From: an uncultured virus (IMG/VR IMGVR_UViG_3300015608_002806)
Lineage: Duplodnaviria > Heunggongvirae > Uroviricota > Caudoviricetes
Virus record (IMG/VR): IMGVR_UViG_3300015608_002806
Direction: 5' to 3' (one strand)
Length of the DNA: 57,815 bases
Shown here piece after piece: positions 51,284-57,815 of the stretch (position 1 is its first letter; every line of letters starts with the position of its first letter). Both the position numbers and the translations under genes were made by a program. The notes beneath the pieces are model-generated. The model was given only the letters and a program-made list of their open reading frames with translations, did not search any database and was not told where the DNA came from.

Positions 51284-52822
51284 ATTTTCTTTCTTTCTTC
51301 TTGAGTTAAATATTTTTTTAAAATTTCTTTTTCTAAGAAATATTCCTTTAATGAAGGATATGTTGAAGAATAAAATTTCATATAAGAATTATTCATGTAT
51401 AAATAATGAAATTTATTTGATAATAAAAAACTAATTTCAAATTCAAAATAATCATTTTCAATATACACTTCAATCATGATAATTTTTCCTGATAGAATCA
51501 ATCTCATTTGCAATGTATGAAATTGGTAAATTGCCTATATAATTCATGATATTGAAATTAAATTTAAAAGTAACAAAACTAAAATAAAATTGAACCTCTT
51601 TTTGTTTTTTTGGAGTCATAAAATAACAAAAAATATATTTTTTTCTTTTTAAAATTAATTTAATCATCTTAATTTATTTCTTTTATTTCAATTGTGTGAC
51701 CAAAACCAGAATAATCAACTGGATTATTCAATAAATTCTTGTTCTTAATTGCCAAAGAAGCAGAACCAAGCCATTTTTCCGCACATTTGTGTGCTTCTTC
51801 ATAAGAATCAAATTGATCTACATTGGTCAGATTCCACTTTTTTAGAATTTCAAAATCAACAATCCCGCCATTATCGAAAATTAAGTACATGGTAGTATCC
51901 GTATGATTTAACAAGTGATTGTTGCTGACTGTAATGTGTTGGTCGGCTATTTATCCAGCCACCATCTTTAAGAAAACTGTATACGTTTGTATCACGAGAT
52001 CTTAGTTTTATAGAGGATGTTTTGGTATTAATATGAAATAATGAATCTAATTCTATCTCTGCTAAGATTATTTTGAATTTCTTTCCATTTTTAAAATGGA
52101 ATAAAAATAAAATAGTTACACAACTATCATCAGAATCTGAAAAATTTTCAATAAAAATCATTATTGTTCTCGTATTTTGTAAAATGTAATTTGTCTTTTG
52201 TGAATCGACATTGATTGTGAATTTTTTGATTTTTCCATGCAAACTTCCATCTTTCAAACATATCTATCGCAAATGGATAAATTGTAATTTTATTATTAAT
52301 TGCAATAAACTTCTTATCCTTAAGAACGAACAATATTGTTGGCAAATATTGTGTTAAAGTTTCAAATCTTAAAAAAATCATATTAAATTATATTATTGTG
52401 TTAATATTTGAATAATAGTGTTTCATTATTTGAAATGAAATCATTCCAACTTCTTTGCGAAGAGTGATTAGGAATTAAAATTGATAGGTGTTGCAAATTA
52501 ACGTGAAGTTCTTTTTTGTTAAAAAAATATACAATTGTAATAGTGTCATGAAAATAAAACCGTGAATTAAAGATTCTAATGAATGTGTTATGCATATATT
52601 TTAATATTTTTTGATTAAGTAAATTTTTTGTTCTTTAAAAGAATCATTTGCAAAATGATAATTATATTTTGTTATTATTTCATTAAAATCAATTTTTTTG
52701 TTTGAAAAATTGATTTTTGATTGTTTTCTATTATTATAATAAATTATTGACATCAATTTTTTTGATTTTTCAATTGCAAATATAATTTTTTTTTCTGTCA
52801 GTGAAACTGATACAAATATCAT
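51274..52822 (-). CDS. Mini-ORF cluster plus an 81-aa hypothetical (51669-51914)
   Basis: MIFLRF/MIFVSV/MIFIEN starts, TI(L/V)(F/Y).. and K.KK turn motifs. Confidence 0.55.
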
Positions 52823-53364
52823 TTTTTCTCCTCAAAATTTTCTCTCAAAAGATCTTCAAATAGTTTACATAAAAAAATCCAATCTCTAACAAGATTGTTG
52901 TCTTCTGGTTCAGAACAATCGTCAAACATATATTCAAATTTACCATTATTTAAATTTCTAATCATGTGATATGAATCATCATTGTCTGAAATGTAAATTT
53001 TTTGATTATTGACAAATAAATCATTATCATTTAAAAACTTTACACCATCTCGTTCTGTAACAAAAAATAATGGCAAATTATGAATATTTTTTTGAAGAGT
53101 TTGATCATAACCCATAAAACCATATTTTTTTTGATCTTCAAGTAAAGACATGTTTCTTTTCCTTAATATAAAGATTTGCTTTAATTTTCCATTCTTTTTT
53201 AGAGAATGGCCGAATTTTCTTTCCAAATGGCCATTTAATTTCTGCTCTTAATTCTGGAGAAAGCAATTGCCAATGATAAGAACATCCGACTAAATAATTT
53301 GGAATAATACATGCGCACTTATCATAAAAACAAGTGCGCATATTTTTTGGCATTGTTGCTTTTT

Positions 53365-53544
53365 TTACTTGATTGTTCCGCAAACGGTGCATCGTGCGCC
53401 CTTTTCACAAAAGTTAAAAACCCTCATTCCATTTCCATGTTTTTCATCTTGATATTTATTTTCACATTTGCAAGATGAAATTTTGCTACCACTATTTGAT
53501 TTCTTTGATTTGTCTGATGTTGTTGTTTGAGTCTTGTCTGACAT
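53365..53544 (-). CDS. Small zinc-ribbon protein (59 aa, not in the ORF track)
   Basis: CKCENKYQDEKHGNGMRVFN...RCTVCG; AGGAG RBS. Confidence 0.7.
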   Translation of the reverse strand: MSDKTQTTTSDKSKKSNSGSKISSCKCENKYQDEKHGNGMRVFNFCEKGARCTVCGTIK

Positions 53545-54276
53545 TTCTGTTTCTCCTATTGATTATTTTGTTATTGATTTAATCAAGAAATTTAAATTTA
53601 TTTTTTAATTAGTCACTTAAATTGATTTTTACAGTATCTATATCTTTTGAAACATTTTGTAATTTAGAATACAATTCTATAGAAAGCAGACAATAATTTT
53701 TACAATCAAAAATAATTCTTAAATCTTTAAGATTTTTAGAAGTTTTTGATTTAAATGTGTAATAAATATAATTTTTAGATGAAAATTTATGAAGAATAAT
53801 ATCAATCATAATAAATTTTCCTAATTTCATCAAAATTTATTCTTAAATCTTCTAAAACATACTTTCTAGATGAAAGAATAAATGAATAATATAATTTAGA
53901 AAAAGATTGAGAAGAAGTTATTTTTGATAAAATTTCTTTTTTGTCTGAAACTTTAAAAAATAAAAGAATTCTATTTTGTTTTTCTAAAATAATTTCAATC
54001 ATTTTATTAATTCAAATCCGGTTGTGAAACAGGAATGATATAATTTGCATTGTATCCAGCTTTAATAAACTTTTTTGCTGTTAAATACAAATCACTCTCT
54101 GTATTAAACAATTCAAAAAAATTCATTGTTGTTGAAATGGCATCATTGAGATAATTATTAGGAATGCCAAGCAAACGCATTTGCATTCCAATCAACATAA
54201 AAATCCTTTCAGTCAATTCATCAGGAAGGGTTGTCATATATATTTGTTCCTTTAATTTTGAATTATTCGCAGTTTA

Positions 54277-54348
54277 TCGCGCAACAGGTTCCCCACTAGG
54301 GGACCTTAATTACGCAGATTGTTCGGTCAAGTTCTGCACATAGCGCGA
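54277..54348 (-). ncRNA. Small three-way-junction structured RNA/cis element
   Basis: TCGCGC/GCGCGA closing stem, TGTGCAGA/TCTGCGTA, AGGTCCCC-TAGT-GGGG(A)ACCT. Confidence 0.55.
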
Positions 54349-54351
54349 AAA

Positions 54352-54849
54352 TCAATCGTTACAATTGTTTTCCCTATCGTCAATACCCTTTATGCTTAAA
54401 TCAAAATATGCTCTATTATTGTCGAAATAGTGCATGTTTTTGATATTTTGTGGTTTGCCTAAAAAATATGGCGTTCTATATCTGTCATAATTGTTATGAA
54501 TTTTCTTAAAAAGATATTTGTATATATTTTTATATTGCATTTGTGCCGAATATTCTATTTTATTTCTTAAGCTATATTCTACATCATATTCAGAATTAAA
54601 CATTACCCGATTGATTAAATCACTTGACGGACACAATATATTTAATTCGCCTTCGTGCCAACAGTCCCCACCAGAACAAGAATAAGGAGATTGGTACCAA
54701 TGTTCTTGTATTGCTTCACAGTCTTTTATTTTATGTACATTTCCACAAACGCACTTAAATTCTTTTTCAGATCTTTCTTGTTTAAGAATTTCATTTAAGT
54801 GTTTTAATTGTTTTTCTAATTTAATTATTTTTTGTTTTGTTGTGATCAT
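54352..54849 (-). CDS. Hypothetical Cys-containing protein
   Basis: CVCG...HWYQSPYSCSGGD...CP. Confidence 0.7.
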   Translation of the reverse strand: MITTKQKIIKLEKQLKHLNEILKQERSEKEFKCVCGNVHKIKDCEAIQEHWYQSPYSCSGGDCWHEGELNILCPSSDLINRVMFNSEYDVEYSLRNKIEYSAQMQYKNIYKYLFKKIHNNYDRYRTPYFLGKPQNIKNMHYFDNNRAYFDLSIKGIDDRENNCND

Positions 54850-54856
54850 TTAAGGT

Positions 54857-55210
54857 TTATTCCTTTCTAATTAAAACCCAATCAAGCTCCTCAATGTCTT
54901 TTACAATTTCTTCATCAAGTTCTGTATAGTTTCCAACTAGATAAAAATCTAAATAATCTTCACCTACATTTCTTATATTTGCTACGATCTCTCCAGCATA
55001 TCTAAATGTACAACTCCAACAATTATTCCAATCAGTTAATGGATTTGGATCGGTTCTCTTTTTCCAATCACTGTTGCACAATGCTCCATATAATTTTTCT
55101 GCGTACTCTATATTTTCACATTTTTGTTTTATTTTAGAGGATTTGTATAGATCTTTTTCGAGGTCTGGCTCTGTTTCAATTTCATCAATATTATTGTTAA
55201 ATTGGTTCAT
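54857..55210 (-). CDS. Hypothetical phage protein
   Basis: LYGALCN.DW...WSCTFRYAG.IVA.IR...DYLDFY. Confidence 0.7.
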   Translation of the reverse strand: MNQFNNNIDEIETEPDLEKDLYKSSKIKQKCENIEYAEKLYGALCNSDWKKRTDPNPLTDWNNCWSCTFRYAGEIVANIRNVGEDYLDFYLVGNYTELDEEIVKDIEELDWVLIRKE

Positions 55211-55667
55211 AGACTTTTATTTCCACCTTTTCAAATTCAGATCTTGAAAAATGTTTCACAAATAAATTTTTAACATCTTGCCAATTCAATCCACCAAGAC
55301 CACAACCCAATGCAGGAAATGCATAGGATAGATCTTTTAATCCAGGAATTGCTAAAATATCATTGGACAATTTCTCCAAACCACAATCAATATCGTTTAA
55401 ATTTGAATCATTTGATGGATGGTATTTTGTATGAAAACAAATAATTATATGTTGTTCATTGTTGTCAATTCTTTTATCACAAAAAATATTATAATATTTG
55501 TTTGTTGCATTATTATCACAAATATTTTTATATTCTTTGTACATTTTTGGAAACATTTTTTTAAATGTTAAAGCAATTCCTCCACCCATAATACCAACCT
55601 TATTTGTTGCGTTTACTAAAACATTGCAATTTGAATTAAAAAGATTGCCATTAACAAAAGTTAACAT
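55197..55667 (-). CDS. Macrodomain (ADP-ribose processing; DarG/Poa1-like)
   Basis: GNLF...LVNATNKVGIMGGGIA..FK..FP, TK.H, FPALGCGLGGL.W; start placed at MLTFVNGN. Confidence 0.88.
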   Translation of the reverse strand: MLTFVNGNLFNSNCNVLVNATNKVGIMGGGIALTFKKMFPKMYKEYKNICDNNATNKYYNIFCDKRIDNNEQHIIICFHTKYHPSNDSNLNDIDCGLEKLSNDILAIPGLKDLSYAFPALGCGLGGLNWQDVKNLFVKHFSRSEFEKVEIKVYEPI

Positions 55668-55686
55668 GATATTTCCTTTATGTGTT

Positions 55687-56725
55687 TCAATACACAATTT
55701 GAGCTACATTGTTATATACATAATATGCTGGAGTATAACAATTGATACGATCTGAATATGAGAATTTATTGTAGTAAGTATTAACAAATATTTGTTTGTT
55801 TTTAAAGTAATACCAAAACATAATATCATTTATTTTAGAAGTAAAAATAATTATATTATTCATTATTTTCCTTAGAATACATAATTTCAATTTTGTATTT
55901 ATAATATGTTGGAGTATAATAATCGATATAATTTGAATCTGAATATAATAATTTATTGCTGTAAGCATTAACAAAGATTTCCTTGTTTTTAAAGTAATAC
56001 TAACAACAAATGTATTTTATTTGTTTAATTTTATAAATTGCTACATTGGTCATATTTTTTTTATTCATAAATTATTCTTATTTTATCAAAATATTTTTTC
56101 TGATTATTTTTTTCAATATTGCCAACGTATTTTTTGTACTCGAATGTTTCATTTACAATGTCGTTAATAATATTATTTTTTGGAAAAACATAATAAACTG
56201 CAACTTTAGTGTCTTGTTTATTTATGATGTTATAATAATTTTCAATTATGATTAAAATTAATTTATCCATATTTAATACATCCATTTACCAATACAACTG
56301 GTTGGTTTTGATCTGATTCTGTTGCATATTCAATATTCCATGATTCAACATTAATATAATAAGATATCTCTAATCCATTTTTAATTTTTGGTTTTTTAGA
56401 AATTTTTAAATAAATTTTATCTTTTAATGAACTGTCTTTGCTTACAATCCATTTAAAGAATTGCCCTGATTCTAGATCGCAAAAATAAATTTGATTACTC
56501 ATAAAGTTTCCAAAAAATATTGGTGTTTTTGAATGATGGTTTTTTGTAATAATAAAAATCAAGTATATTATATTTGTATTCTAATTTGTCTAAAATAACA
56601 GAAACCATATTATTTGTTTTAATTTTATAAAAAACTTGAGGTCTAAAATTTTTATTTACGTAAATTAAAATCATAGTATTAACAAATAATTCCGATTGAA
56701 ATAATTTCACATGGCTTATTTTCAA
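55687..56725 (-). CDS. Mini-ORF cluster plus a 99-aa hypothetical (56263-56562)
   Basis: YYFKNKQ units; TTGTTTTTAAAGTAATAC occurs twice (near 55796 and 55983). Confidence 0.55.
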
Positions 56726-57113
56726 TAAGCTCTAATGAGTGATATGTTAAATCTGTTCTAAACAGAATAGCATCTCCTTCGTTCAAAAGACATACTTGCT
56801 TACCTGGGCACATAATACATGAATTATGTGTAACAATATTTAATCTAAAATGCTTTGTTTCATTGTTAATTGGATCTATATGGTTTGGAATGTCGGATTG
56901 AATTTTTAAATGCCAGCAATCAAGAAAATTATAATGATAAAAAAATCTTTGAATTTCTTTTATATAAGAATTACCTATAGTACATTTCTTCTTTAAATAA
57001 AGACCGTTTTGTCTTCCCAATTCATATTGTGAATTAATATTCAACTCATAATCTTCTAATTGTTTTTTGCTTAAAAGATTTTCTAAAAATAAAAATTCAT
57101 TTTCTTTTAACAT
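56679..57113 (-). CDS. 2OG-Fe(II) oxygenase-like protein
   Basis: IPNHID (HxD), RLNIV, FRTD..YHS. Confidence 0.65.
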   Translation of the reverse strand: MLKENEFLFLENLLSKKQLEDYELNINSQYELGRQNGLYLKKKCTIGNSYIKEIQRFFYHYNFLDCWHLKIQSDIPNHIDPINNETKHFRLNIVTHNSCIMCPGKQVCLLNEGDAILFRTDLTYHSLELIENKPCEIISIGIIC

Positions 57114-57707
57114 TTGTTAATCCTTTTTATATGTATAAAGTTGTTTTTTAGAAATATGAGAGTTAATATTTAGCCAAGATGTGTCATTCATTATGTCATT
57201 TTTCAAAAATTTAAATTCATTATTTTATAAATAATTATTTATAAAATAAATAGAGAAATATAATTTTATTAATTTTTTAGGATCGTCAATAGAATATATA
57301 CACTGATAAGAAAAACCATGTTTTGATTTAGCAAAATAAGTTTTAATCATTGTTAATATTTTCTTTTTAAATAAGGAAAAGACATTTTATAAAAATCAAA
57401 TTTGTAATCATCTATTATTAAAAATTTATTATTTTTTATTTCAATATTGTTATTATTATCTAAAGTTGTTTTTATTTTTAATTGTTTGTTTTTAAAATTT
57501 AAATATACAAAAATTCCTAAGCCAAAATTTCCAGGATTTCCAATAAAAAAATAAATCATTTTCTAAATCCAGGATTTGATTTTTTAAAATTTTCAATTTT
57601 TGTTTTTTTTATTTTTTCTTGTTTTTGTTTATTTGTTTGCACTTTAGTCTCTTTTTCTTTTGCAATTTAAACATTTAAATGACAATTTGTTAAAATTGTA
57701 ACAATAT

Positions 57708-57815
57708 CTACAAATCCAATTCTTTTGAAGGCCACCAATATGGAAATTCATCTGGTAATTCTTTCCAATTAAATTGTGAATAAAAATTTTGGTCTTTTCT
57801 TAACAATTGAGATCT
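57708..57815 (-). CDS. C-terminal fragment of a pyrimidine-dimer-glycosylase-like (MSMEG_6728-type) protein; start lies beyond the window
   Basis: RSQLLRKDQNFYSQFNWKELPDEFPYWWP resembles the S.LLRKD..Y...PY.WP family end. Confidence 0.55.
   Translation of the reverse strand, partial: RSQLLRKDQNFYSQFNWKELPDEFPYWWPSKELDL

Noticed and set aside
1408..57559. Stop-codon recoding as the cause of the many short ORFs
   Set aside because: Long genes are intact in code 11, and the mini-ORFs end in TAA or frame-shifted ATGA overlaps, so read-through would not fuse them.

Overview
Very AT-rich (by eye about 25% GC, not computed), gene-dense segment of a jumbo/huge dsDNA phage, with almost all genes on the - strand in standard code. 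It encodes GroEL (cut by the left edge), a GroES-like protein, ClpP, an amidase, IMPDH/GMP reductase, dUTPase, ThyX, Tmk, a PurA-like enzyme, IF-3, a TrmH methyltransferase, rIIA/rIIB, an AAA + VWA-peptidase module and a macrodomain protein. Highlights: (1) dnaE is fractured in its PHP domain by a naturally split intein (100-aa IntN, 41-aa IntC), with a free-standing Vsr-like endonuclease between the halves behind an RBS-occluding hairpin; (2) more than 60 tiny (about 55-95 aa), translationally coupled, fast-diverging beta-rich ORFs sit at most gene boundaries in locally duplicated clusters; (3) two GC-rich structured RNAs match no class I recognise, and a tRNA-like RNA has a UAU anticodon and a D-like arm placed after the anticodon arm; (4) three 28-aa-repeat paralogs share a capsid-targeting-like leader; (5) the PurA homolog lacks its catalytic His and P-loop glycines. 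All calls come from reading motifs by eye; no searches were run.
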